From Antechinus flavipes (Eukaryota): a stretch of 64,000 nt of DNA. The translations under genes and the position numbers were made by a program. Of this stretch, positions 32,121-44,100 are shown in pieces. The notes under the pieces were generated by a model that saw only the letters and a program-made list of their open reading frames with translations, searched no databases and was not told the DNA's origin. Every line of letters begins with the position of its first letter. The stretch's first letter is position 1. Location: positions 629,424,001-629,488,000 of the forward strand of contig NC_067400.1 in the NCBI RefSeq assembly GCF_016432865.1, in the 5' to 3' direction.

Positions 32121-32800
32121 CTTGGTGCCCAACGCCAACATATGGAGATACTGAGATTGTCTTAAAGATAATCTGGCAAGCCCTAGTTCTCCTAAACTTA
32201 CTTGTGTCAAAGAGAAAGGCCATTGTGAACTCAGCCCATGACCAGACCCAACATTTGTGCCCAACGCCAACATATGGAGATATTGAGACTGTCTTAAAGA
32301 TAATCTGGGAAACCCAAGTTCTCCTAAACTTGCTTCTTGTCAAAGCAAAAGGCCTTTGTGAACTCAGCCCATGACCAGACCAACACTTGGTGCTCAATGC
32401 TGACATAGTCTGGGAAACCCTAGTTCTGCTAACCCTACCTTTTGCCAAAGAGAAAAGTCCTTGTGAATTCGGCCCATGACCAGACCCAACACTTGGTGCT
32501 CAAGGCCGACATATGGTGATATTGAGACTGTCTTAAAGATAGTCTGGGATGCCCAAGTACTAAATACCCTGACTTCTTGTCAAAGAGAAAGGCCTTTGTG
32601 AACTCAGCCCATGACCAGACCCAACACTTGGTGCCCAGCTCCAATGTATGGAGATATTGAGACTGTCTTAAAGATAATCTGGGAAACCCAAGTTCTCCTA
32701 AACTTGCTTCTTGTCAAAGCAAAAGGCCTTTGTGAACTCAGCCCATGACCAGACCCAACACTGGGCGCCCAGCTCCAGTGTATGGAGATATTGAGACCAG
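32063..32800 (+). repeat. Tandem array of 6 copies of an LTR U5 + PBS + leader unit (about 120-135 bp)
   Basis: Repeated ...tgtgaa(c/t)tcagcccatgaccagacccaaca-cttggtgccca...-atggagatattgagactgtcttaaagata. Confidence 0.85.
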
Positions 32801-33799
32801 CTGAAGCCCCAGTTTCCCACCAAGGCCGAAGCACTAACAATAACAAGCCGGATGACCTGGGACTTCTCCTTTTATGCAAGCGGGAGAGTTTGGGGAACTG
32901 ACCTGGTGGGAGCTGACAGAGGGGCAGGCGGGGCTCCTTCCATCATCCGGTGCCCACTAGCAGGGGGGCCTGGGCAAGTCACCTCACCGCATTAGTCTCC
33001 CTTTCCTCCTCTGGAGAAAGAGCCCGGGAAGGCAATGGTCGGCTCCGCCATCTTTGCCAGGAAAATCCCAAGCGGGGTCACAAAAAGCGACTGGACAACA
33101 GAAAAGCGGCCCTTGTTAGAGATTTTGAGGCACTTGAGAAGACTTGGGACTTTTTCCTCTGTACATGATCCATGTTTAAAATTCAGAATAAAAAAAAATG
33201 AATTTTAAAAAATGATTCCTGGCAACCTTGTGGCTCAAAGCCCGGGCACAGAATTCCGAATTTTGTTTGAACTCAGAGTCACCCCTGCCCTCCCTGTGGG
33301 TACTTGAAATAAATCTTCTAGAAAGTTGCCCAAGTCAAAGCCACCATCGTTTGGGGCGCCGGCCAGGCCCACCGAGCGCTCAGGAAGGGGAGCGCTTTTC
33401 GCTAGTCGGCCTGGCTGCCCCCAGGAGGGCGAAGCCCAATCTCGCCGGGGGAGCCCAGGGGCACAGCGGGCATCTCTAAGCAGGGTGGGCTCGGACCCGG
33501 CAGAGCGGGCTCGGACATTGCCTTTTGGCCCCTAGTGGAATGGAGGCGCCCTGGCTGCCCCGGGCGGTAGGATCCGGACAGGCAGGGGTCTGCCTTCCCC
33601 ATTCGCACTCTGTGTGTTAACAGCGGATAATGACGGCTTGGGCTTCAGGGGACCCGCACTGGGGAAGCGCTTTAACGTTAGGTCTCAGGCGAGCCGCATC
33701 ACCCCCTGGGGGGCGGAATGATTCCTATTTTACTGATGAGGAGACTGAGGCGTACAGAAGCGCAGTGAATAGCCCCGCCCAAATCCGGGTCTCTCGGAC

Positions 33800-34650
33800 T
33801 CCAGGCCTTAATTACATGGAGAACAAGGCGCTTGTAGTAGAGGAAACTAGTGACGTCACAGTTATCCCACTTATCGTGATTAGCTCCTGCGGGTGGAGGA
33901 GGGGCCGAGGCCGGTGGGAGGAGGGGCAAATAAGTCTTGGAGGGGCGCTCCCGTTATCGTGCCGACCCATGAAATGACTAAATGACAAAGTTTATTATTC
34001 TGATAGCTTTACAGTAGTGAGTAATTCCTAATAAACGACCAAATAAAATGCGTGTTCCTCCCAGGGCCCATTCCCAGCGTTTTCCTCCCTCGCCTCACCG
34101 CCGGAGGACGAAGCCGGCGCCGCGCGGGGCCTCTGGGAAATGTAGTTTTCCATGGGAGGCCTAGAGGCGCCGGGCGCATGTGCACACACCCTTTTTGAAG
34201 CTGTTCCGCTCTAAGGCCCGGCCCCCACACCTCCAAGGGCAGGGGGAGGGGCTTAGGGAGAGGGTCGGCTGTAAGAGCCAATGGAGTTGCGCCCCGGGCG
34301 CTGGGGGTGAATTCGCGAGCGAAAGTTTTCCCTCCAAAGGGAAGTAGGGCGTCGAACTCGGCGGGCGCGCTCCCGGACCCGCAACAGCCTCGGTGAGCGA
34401 GCCTCTGCCTCAGTTTCTTTTCTCGACCGATGGGATCTGGCCCCGTCCACCGGCTCCCCCTCCCCCAGTTTTCCCGCCTCCCAAGTAAGAGGGGGAGGAC
34501 TTGGCCTCGAACCCCAGGGGACAGTCCTGCCTAATGAGGCCTCTGGGGGCCGCAACCCTGCCCGGAGGGGGCGGGGCCCTGGGTTACCGCCAGTGTCTAA
34601 GCAATGCGCTCTTTATTGGTTCAGCACCTTGTCACGGGGCGCGTCTGTCC
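33800..34650 (+). promoter_or_regulatory. CpG-island promoter and putative non-coding exon 1 (donor GTGAGC at 34393) of the NLRP gene
   Basis: CRE TGACGTCA 33851-33858; ZNF143-type ACTACATTTCCCAGA (minus, 34132-34146); NRF1-like GCGCATGTGC 34174-34183; CCAAT about 34278; E2F-type TTTCCCGC about 34470; GC box about 34568. Confidence 0.6.
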
Positions 34651-34679
34651 CGCCCTGCCCCGCCCCGCCCCACCCCCAG

Positions 34680-34946
34680 CTGCCCTACCTCCCCCTCGCC
34701 GCCCCTCCCCTCACTCACTCTCACTTTCACTCTCCCTCCCCTCACTCTCTCCCCCTAGCTCTCCCTCACTCTCTCTCACTCTCCTCTTCTCTCCCTCCTC
34801 CCTCTCTCTTCTTCCCTCCTTCTTCCTTCTCCTCTTCTCTCCTTCCTCCCTCTCTTTCTTTCCCTCCTTCTTCTCCTTCCTCTCTTTTTCTCTTCCCTCT
34901 CCCTCCTCCCTCTCCTTTTCTCCCCCCTCCTCCCTTCCTCGTACAG
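34680..34946. repeat. Long polypyrimidine/CT tract ending in a probable acceptor (gtacag at 34946)
   Basis: About 260 nt of almost pure C/T. Confidence 0.75.
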
Positions 34947-35116
34947 AGAGGGCACGGGGTGGGCCTGATCCTGGGCCTGACCTGGCCACTGTCCTTTCAG
35001 GGTCCGGTTGGCCTTGTGTGAGGCAGGTGACAACTTGGTGCTGGCCACAGGGACGAAGGTCCTCTGGTCCCCTGGCCCCCCTTTGGTGAGACGGGACCCC
35101 CAGAGTCTGCGAGAAC

Positions 35117-38100
35117 ATGGAGCAGCCCCCAGAGAGCGGTGAGTGGCTCGCCAGGCTTGGCCCCCCTTTTCTCCCCAGTCTCTGGGGGCCTTCTCTGCCT
35201 TGTACCCTTTTCTCCCCAGACTGGGGAGGTTGTCTCCATCCTGTATCCCCTTCTCTCCCCAATCTTGGGGGCCTCCTCCGCCCTGTACCCCTTCTCCCCC
35301 AGTCTGGGGGCCTCTATCCTGTGCTCCCTCCTCCCTAGTCTCTGGGGGCTTCCCTCCTCTGCCTTGGGGGCCCTTGTTTCTCAGCTTTGCTCTTCTGTAT
35401 GGTGTGGTCATAGCTTAGAGGCTCTTTGGGGGGGTGGCACTTTGGGCCCTGCTCTCTGCGGGTACAGAGTGAACCCTCTTGCCTCCTGGGCTGGGTCATG
35501 CCCAGAGGTGGGATGGCCCGAAGGGAGCACTGCAGTGACTGACTGTCCCTAATTCCCCATGGGGCTCCACCAACAATGCCCCCCGTATATGTCTGTTCCT
35601 GACATTTTTCACCTTATTCTTGGTGATTCAGAGCTTGCTTTCATGTGGTTCCCCCTTCTCCCCCCCATTTGTTGGTGGGATCTGAACCCTGGTCTCTCTG
35701 GCTTTGGGTCTGGATGCTTGTCACTTTGTATCTCATCCTGCCTCACTGACCATGAGGGAGCTCGCTGAAAGAGCTGACGGGCACTGGGTCGAATGGAAGG
35801 GGGCCCCCCCGGGATGGGGAAGGTGTGGCGAGACCCCGACCGTCAGTGACCTTTGTTTGGTCCACAGAGGCCGCTGAGATGCGGGGACGGATTGGAGCCA
35901 GCCCGGTAGAGAAGGTCATTGAGCCGGAGGAGGACTCAGGTGAGTGGGGCCCCTTGGCAGGATGGGGGAGCGCAGCAGATGGGGGCAGGCTGCAAGTGTG
36001 GGCAGTGTTGTGCTCAGCCAGCTCCGATGGCTGCTTTTCCTTCCATTAACAACCATTCCTTATTTACCCTTATTCGTGCTAATTGCCTAATGTGAATGTG
36101 AATCCTAATTTGGTCCTCTTAGTGCCGTTTGTCCTTACTACCTCGAGTAGTACTATGGCCATTATGACCATGAATTTCCATGACTACTCACTGCCTCTAC
36201 CACCACCTCATTCCACCAGTAGCTACTCCCGCTGCTCTTAGCCACCACCATGACCACTTCTTATAATACTGCCACCCTTACCACCTATTACTGTCCCAAC
36301 AACTACTAAGTGCTATCATTGCCACCTCTCACTGCTAACTCCGAGCGTTAGTCCTACTGAGCGCTCTTCACTTCCACTTCCTGCCCCTAGTACCTTTAGT
36401 AACCCCAATCCCACTAGCCAACTACTAACTGCCACTGAACACAGTAGAATTAACTGCTCTAACTACCATTGCTACTATATTTAGTACCATGACTAACTAC
36501 TATTAGTAGTAATATTACTAACTCTTGACTGTCCCACCTACTTAGTATCACCAGGAACGCCATTACCACCAGTGACTACTGTTACGACCACCATTACTAT
36601 TACCTAATACCACGACCAACTACTGTTACTTCTTTTAACTACTCTCCTCTCTCATAGCTCCATACTGCTATAATACCCCTACTTACTACTACCATTCTTA
36701 TCGTCCCTTACTGCCACTGTCACTTAACTGTCACCTCGCAAAGTACGACCACTACTGTTAATACTTTTAACTACTCTTCTCTCCCACTACTCCATGCTGC
36801 TGAGTGACTACCACTTCATACCAGTACTAATAGTAATTAGTAGCAACTCTTACCTAATGCTCCTAGCTCCTATCACTAGTAACACCATTATTACCTACTA
36901 CTAACTGCCATTCTTACTGTCATGTAGCACAAAACTACTACTACTGTTACTACTTTTCACTACTTTTTTCTCCTACTACTCCATACTGCTGAGTGACTTA
37001 TCACTTCATATCAGTACTACTAGTACTATAACTTTTATTACTTGCAATTCTTACCTACTGTTCCTAACTCCTTTAATTAGTAACACCATCACTACCTACT
37101 ACTGTCTGCCATTGTTTCTGTTACTCAGCACAACTACTGCTATTGTTATGACTTTTAAGTACTCTTCTCTCCATACTGCTGAGTGACTATCACTTCATAC
37201 TAGGACTAACTACTGTTAGTAGCAACTCTTACCTGCTGCTCCTAGTTCTATCACTAGTAGCACCATTACTACCTACTACTAACCACCATTTTTACTGTCA
37301 TGTAGCACAAAACTACTACTACTGTTACTACTTTTAACTACTCTCCTCTCCCATAGCTCCATACTGCTACAATACCACTACTTACTACTACCATTCTTAT
37401 CGTCCCTTATTGCCACTGTCACTTAATTGTCACCTCGCAAAGTATGATCACTACTGTTACTACTTTTAACTACTCTTCTCTCCCACTACTCCATGCTGCT
37501 GAGTGACTACCACTTCATACCAGTACTAATAGTAGTTAGTAACAACTCTTACCTGCTGCTCCTAGCTCCTATCACTAGTAAAACCATTATTACCTACTAC
37601 TAACTGCCATTCTTACTGTCACTTAGCAAAGTACTACTATTTTTACTACTTTGAACTACTCTTCTCTCCATACTGCTGAGTAGCTACCATTTCATATCAG
37701 TACTAACTACTGTTAGTAGTTAGTAGCAACTGTGACCTGCTGCTCCTGTCACTAGTAACATCATCACTACTTACTACTAACAGCCTTTTCACTGTCCCCT
37801 AGTACAACTACTATAACTACTATCGCTTTTACTTAGTACTGCCACTGACTATTTTGGCTGATGCTTCTACTCACTTCCACTCCCTTGGACCACTAGTACT
37901 AACTCTAGCATTATCTATTGGCTACAGACTAGTAAGAGTAGTGCCTGCTGCCTCCAGTCTTGAGCTCTGCCCACTGTCCTCTCTGGCCAGCCCTCTGGCT
38001 GAGCCTTTCCCTAGCATCCCTGGGACGAGCCCCCACAAGGGGCAGGAACCAGAGGGTGGAGATGTGGCTGGGGTCCTGGGGATCCTTTCATCCAGCACTT

Positions 38101-41100
38101 TACAAAAGAACAAACTGTCAGCTCGAGGGGTGTCAGGTTAATCTAGGTTCAGATTTCACATTCAGCAGGCACAGACGAGGAAGGGAGGCCTACAAGTTTA
38201 TTGCTGATGTAAACAATGGTAAAAAGACTTGTAGTGAAAACTGTTACACAACTTAACAGACAACCATTATCATGCTATAACAAAAACAGAGAATAAATAT
38301 AAACTACATCGTCATTAATTCGGGAAACATCAACTCTGGACCCTTCAGGGCTGGGGGAGCCCCACATCAGGCTGCTGGTCAGAGTATACCCCAAATTGGG
38401 AAGAATCCCAGGCATAGTGTTCCCCTCCTTGGGTGAATAGCCCCCCCCCCCCCCGCCCTATGGGATTTATACACTGAGAACAAAGAAGGTACTACATCCA
38501 GTTTATTATTTGATATACGACCTCCTGGACAGAAAAGCTCCCCAGAGAGGGGCTCTTCCATCAAGGAGAGTGCTTTCTTCATTCCCTTATCCCAGCTGCT
38601 TCACTCAGGGAACTAACCAAGTTTTCAGAGCGAAACACATGCCCTCAAAGGAAGGTCTTAAATCGAACACAAGGAGACGTGCTCCGCTCTTCCTGTGGCT
38701 CCCGGTCTCTTATCAAATAATCGCAAGCACGTTCTCTTGTTCTTGGTAAGAAGTTCTACAAAGGGACCTGACCTTCCAGGAGATCCCTTACAAATCACAG
38801 AAAATACCCCAAGGATGTGGTCAAGACTTAGTACGATTTCTTAGTTGGGGAAGGGACTCGCTCCAAGTCCCAGGTAGCACCAGCGCTACCATATCCAAGG
38901 TAGTCAAATGACAGAGATGGAATTTGAACTCCGGTCTTTGACCTGGAGGCGGCAAGGGGGCACTACGATGCATAGAGTGCACGGCTCAGTCGGTAAGACC
39001 CAAATTCAAGTCCAGCCTCAGTCATTGACTAGCCCTTATCTGCCTCAGTTTACCACCTGTAAAGGGCATGAAAACAGCACCAAGGTGCTATGCAAACCTC
39101 AAACGCCAGCTGCCTCCCAGTGCGGGGCTCCTTAGCTACCTCCTGCCTGAGCGAACATTGGCGGTACTCGAGCTTTTAAAATCCCCTTGTTTGCCACGAA
39201 GGAGGGCTGTCCTGTGGGCATCATGGCCTTCGTGGAACAAAGCCCAGGCTCAGCTCATGTGCCAGCTTGGTGGTTTTATGTCTGTAACCATGGGCCTTTT
39301 TGACTTCTGTCCACAGATCCTAGAGCAGGGTCTGTTGATCCTAGGTTAAGAACTGGTTAAGAACTGTGGGTTTTTCTTTTCACCTAGTCAACAAACATTT
39401 ATTGAGGAACCTATTATTTTCCAGGGAGTGTGCTAACCAATGGAGATACAAATAAGGGTTAAGAACAAAACAAAACAAAATAAAAAACCAAACCAATCTG
39501 TGCCCTCAAGAAGCTTATAATACAATTCATTAAGGGAAGCTGAAAAGAGGTGGGGTGATGAAAGTAAAGAGGCTGATATTTATGGAGTTGAAACCAAGCA
39601 AAGCAACTGATGGGAAATTAAGTTAGCTGGAAATGGTGATCCTTCTGTAATGGGAAGCTTTGGGAGGACTTTATTGCTCTGGCCTCCAGCCTTTTCATGT
39701 GTAAATGATCTGACCAATTAAGAATAGAATCCTATCACTTTGATTTATTCTCTCTAAAATACGGCAGTGTTCCCTGATCACGTTCTAGACATGCACTTCC
39801 ATTACTGCAAATTTGTGAGCATTTTAGGTAGCCCACCAGACCATACAGCTTAAAGCCTATAAGAACCTTTGTAAGTAACCAAAAACAAAACAATAGCAAC
39901 AAAACCCTCTAGATTTTTCTTATGTAAACTATTCTGCAAGTGATTAAAAAAAAATTAGCTTCCCCCCTGCAAAGTACATGCAGAGATAGTTTTCAACACT
40001 CAACCTTGCAAAACCTTGTGATTCAAAATTTTTTTCCTTCTCTGCCCCCCACCTCCTCCCCTAGACAGCAAGTAATCCAAAATAAGTAAAACATGTGCAG
40101 TTCTTTTAAATATATTTGTTATGCTGCCCAAGAAAAATCAGATCAAAAGGGAAAAGTGAAAAAGAAAAAAAAACAAAAAAAAAAGGTGAAAATATGATAA
40201 CTGTGATCCACATTTGGTCTTCATAACTTTTATCTCTGGGTGTGGATGGTTCTCTTCACTTCAAATCTATTGAAACTGGTCTGAATCATGTCATGGTTGA
40301 AAAGAGCCATGTCCCCTAATACATTGTTGGTGGAGTTGTGAAGGAATCCAGCCATTCTGGAGAGCAATTTGGAACTATGCTCAAAAAGTTATCAAACTGT
40401 GCATACCCTTTGATCCAGCAGTGTCTCTACTGGGCTTCTATCCCAAAAAGATACTAAAGAAGGGAAAGGGACCCACATGTGCCAAAATGTTTGTGGCAGC
40501 CCTCTTTGTAGTGGCCAGGAACTGGAAACTGAATGGATGCCCATCAATTGGAGAATAAATTGTGGTATATGAATGTTATGGAATATTATTGTTCGGTAAG
40601 AAATGACCAGCAGGAGGATTTCAGAAAGGCCTGGAGAGACATGAACTGATGCTGAGGGAAGTGAGCAGGACCCAGGAGATCATTATATACTTCAACAACA
40701 ATACTATATGAGGATCAATTCTGATGGACGTGGCCATCTTCAGCAATGAGATTGAACCAAATCAGTTCCAATAGAGCAGTAATGAACTGAACCAGCTACA
40801 CCCAGCGAAAGAACTCTGGGAGATGACTACGAACCATTACATGGAATTCCCAATCCCTCTATTTTTGTCCTCCTGCATTTTGGATTTCCTTCACAGGCTA
40901 ATTGTACACTATTTCAAACTCCTTTTTGTACAGGAAAATAGCTGTTAGGACATGTATACTAATATTATATTTAATTTATACTTTAACATATTTAACGTGT
41001 ACTGGTCAACCTGCCATCGGGGGGACGGGGGTGTCGGGAAGGAGGGGAAAAGTTGGACAAAAGATTTGGCAATTGTCAAATTACCTATGCATATAACTTG

Positions 41101-44100
41101 TAAATAAAAACCTGTAATTAAAAAAAAATTTAAAAAAAAGATTTTCCACTCAAAAAAAAAAAAAGAGCCATATTCATCAGACTTGATTATGGTAGAGCCT
41201 TGTTGCCGTGTACAATGATCTCTGGTCCTGTTCATTTCACTCAGCATCAGTTCATGTAAGTCTCTCCAGACCTCGCTGAAATCCTCCCACTGGTCGTTTC
41301 TTACGGAACAATAATATTCCATAATATTCATATACCAGAACTTATTCAGCCATTCTCCAATGGATGGGCATATATTCAGTTTCCAGTTTCTTGCCCACTA
41401 CCAAAAGGCTGCCACAAACATTTTTGCACATGTGGGTCCCTTTCCCTCCTTTAAGCTCTCTTTGGGTTAGAGGCCCAGTAGAAATACTGCTGGATCAAAG
41501 GGTATGCACAGTTTAATAACTTTTTGAGCATAGTTCCAAATTGCCCTCCAGAATGGTTGGATCTGTTCTCCACTCCACCAACAATGCATCAGTGTCCCAG
41601 TTTTCCCCATGTCCCCTCCAAAATTCATGACTGTCATTTCCTGTCATCTTAGCCAATCAGAGAGGTGTGTAGTGCAATCTCAGAGTTGTCTAATTTGCAT
41701 TTCTCTGATCAATAGTGATTTGGAACACCTTTTGAAATGGGTAGAAATAGTTTCAATTTCTTCTGAGAATTGTCTGTTCATATCCTTTGACCATTTATCA
41801 ATTGGAGAATGGCTTGAATTCTTATAAATTTGAGTCAGTTCTCTGTATATTTTAGAAAATGAGGCCTTTATCAGCAACATTGGATGTAAAATTTTCCCCC
41901 TCAGTTTTCTGCTTCCCTTCTAGTTTTGGCTGCATTGGTTTTGTTTAATTGAATATAATTGAGATTATCCACTTTGTATTTCATCACGTTCCCTAGTTCC
42001 TGGCCTGTGCATTGTAGAATTCACCCCCATGGAGGCCCCTAGATCTCAATCCTGCGGTCCTGGCCCTCTGCTCTTGGGACTTGAGTGGAACATGAAGGCT
42101 ACTTCAGGAAAGCCCTACCCCGCCGCCACCCGTTAACCCTTGTTTCTCCGGCTTTTTTCATGACAGATGACAGGAGGAGATACAGAGCCTGGATGGCGGA
42201 GAAATTTAGTTCCTTAAGGGCTGGAGACTCTTGGCCGGGAGAGCGGGAGAACTTCCTGTACGGGCCCACCACGCTGCTGTTCTCCCGCACCTGCGCCAAG
42301 GTCCGAGTGGTCATCGGAGAAGAGGGTTCCGAGCTCCCCCCTGGCGAAGGGCCACCCTTCAGCGAGATCCCCGGCCAGGCCGGGCAGCTGGCGGCACTGT
42401 TCCAGCCCTACGAGAGGACTGACCGGCGACCCAACACCGTGGTCCTGCAGGGGCCCATGGGCATCGGCAAGACCGTGCTGGCCAGGAAGCTGATGCTGGA
42501 CTGGGCCCACGGGCACCTCTGCCGGGACGTGTTCCAGTACGTCTTCTACTTCAACCTCGGCGACATGGACGGGACGGCGGAGAAGAGCATGGCCGAGCTG
42601 ATCTCCGGAGAGTGGCCCAGCCCGCCGGTCCCCGTCTCCGACATCCTGTCGCAGCCCCAGAACCTGCTGTTCGTCCTGGACGGCTTGGAGGAGCTGAAGC
42701 CCTTCCTGGACGGGCCCGAAGCCGAGCTGTGTCGCGACTGGAACGAGCCCCGGCCGCTGGCCAGCCTGCTGCAGGGGCTGCTCCGGAGAACCCTGCTGCC
42801 CGAGGCCTGCCTGCTGCTGGTGGTGCGGCCCTCGGGCTGGGCCCGCCTGGCGCGCTGGCTGGGCTGCCCCCAGCTGGTCGAGGTCCTGGGGCTGTCCAAG
42901 GCCGACCGGGAGGAGTACTTCCACCGCTTCTTCGGGGACCGGGCCAGCGCGCGCGCCGCCCTGGCCACCGTGCGGGACAACGAGACGCTGGCCACCCTGT
43001 GCCGCTCGCCGCTGGTCTGCTGGCTGATCTGCACGGGCCTGAAGCAGCGGCTGGATGACGGGCAGGACCTGAGCCAGGGCCCCCTGACCGCCACGCGCCT
43101 CTACGTGTCCTACGTGACCGGGCTGTTCCGCGGGCGCGCCGCCCCCCAGGAGAGCCAGCTGCGGGCTCTGTGCCGCCTGGCGGCCGACGGCGTGCTGGCC
43201 CACGCCACGGGCTTCGACACCAGCGACCTGCAGCGGCACATGCTGACCCCGGCCGACCTCGAGCCCTTCCTGAACACCCACATCATCCTGGGCCGCGCCG
43301 GCGGCTACGCCTTCCTCCACCTGACCCTGCAGGAGTTCTTCGCGGCCCTGTACAGCGCCATGGAGGTGACCCGCAGCCCCTCGGCGGCGCACTCGGTGCA
43401 AGACCTGACCACCGAGCTGGAGAAGTACTCGGGCGTGGACACGAGCTTCCTGAGCCTGGCCGTGCACTTCCTCTTCGGCCTGCTGAACCCCGAGTGCGCC
43501 CGGCTGCTGGACGCCGAGCTGGGCTGCCGCCTGTCGCCCCAGCTGCGGCGGGACCTGCTGCTGTGGGCCGCCGTGTTCAGCGGCTCGGCCGCCCCCTCGC
43601 TGCGCGCCCTCTCGCTGCACCACTTCTTCTTCAGCCTCTACGAGACGCAGGACGCGGCCTTCGTGGAGGAGGCCATGGACCACTTCCGGGACCTGCAGCT
43701 GGTGCTCTGGAGCAAGGTGGACCTGCTGGTGTCGTCCTTCTGCCTCTGCCACTGCCGCCGGCTCGAGAAGCTGGTGCTCCACCTGCAGAGGGAGGTCTTC
43801 CACGAGCAGGACCCCGACGACCCGGAGTCACCCGCGGAGGCCGAGGCTGGGTGAGCGCGGGCGGCCTGGCGGGCGGGAGGCCGTCCTAGAGTGGGGCACC
43901 TCCCCCTAGAGTAGTGGGGCTCCTCCCCCCAATATGATGGGGCTCCTCTCCCTAGAGTGGTGGGGCTCCTCCCCCTAGAGAGGTGGGGCTCCTCCCCCTA
44001 GAGTGGTGGGGCTCCTCCCCCTAGAGTGGTGGGGCTCCTCCCCCTAGAGTGGTGGGGCTCCTCCCCCTAGAGTGGTGGGGCTCCTCTCCCTAGAGTGGTG

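Noticed and set aside
36130-37930. Possible Thr-rich mucin-like exon
   Set aside because: Frequent TAG/TAA in all frames; no ORF of 60 aa or more.
39121-39300. Faint PYD-like words (GLLSYL, AFKIPL, PAWW) in two frames
   Set aside because: The motifs are in different frames with wrong spacing and lie downstream of the linker exon, so they are probably chance. A PYRIN HMM or tBLASTn hit would overturn this.
42214-43889. 529-aa and 239-aa minus-strand ORFs
   Set aside because: Antisense shadows of the GC3-rich NACHT exon.
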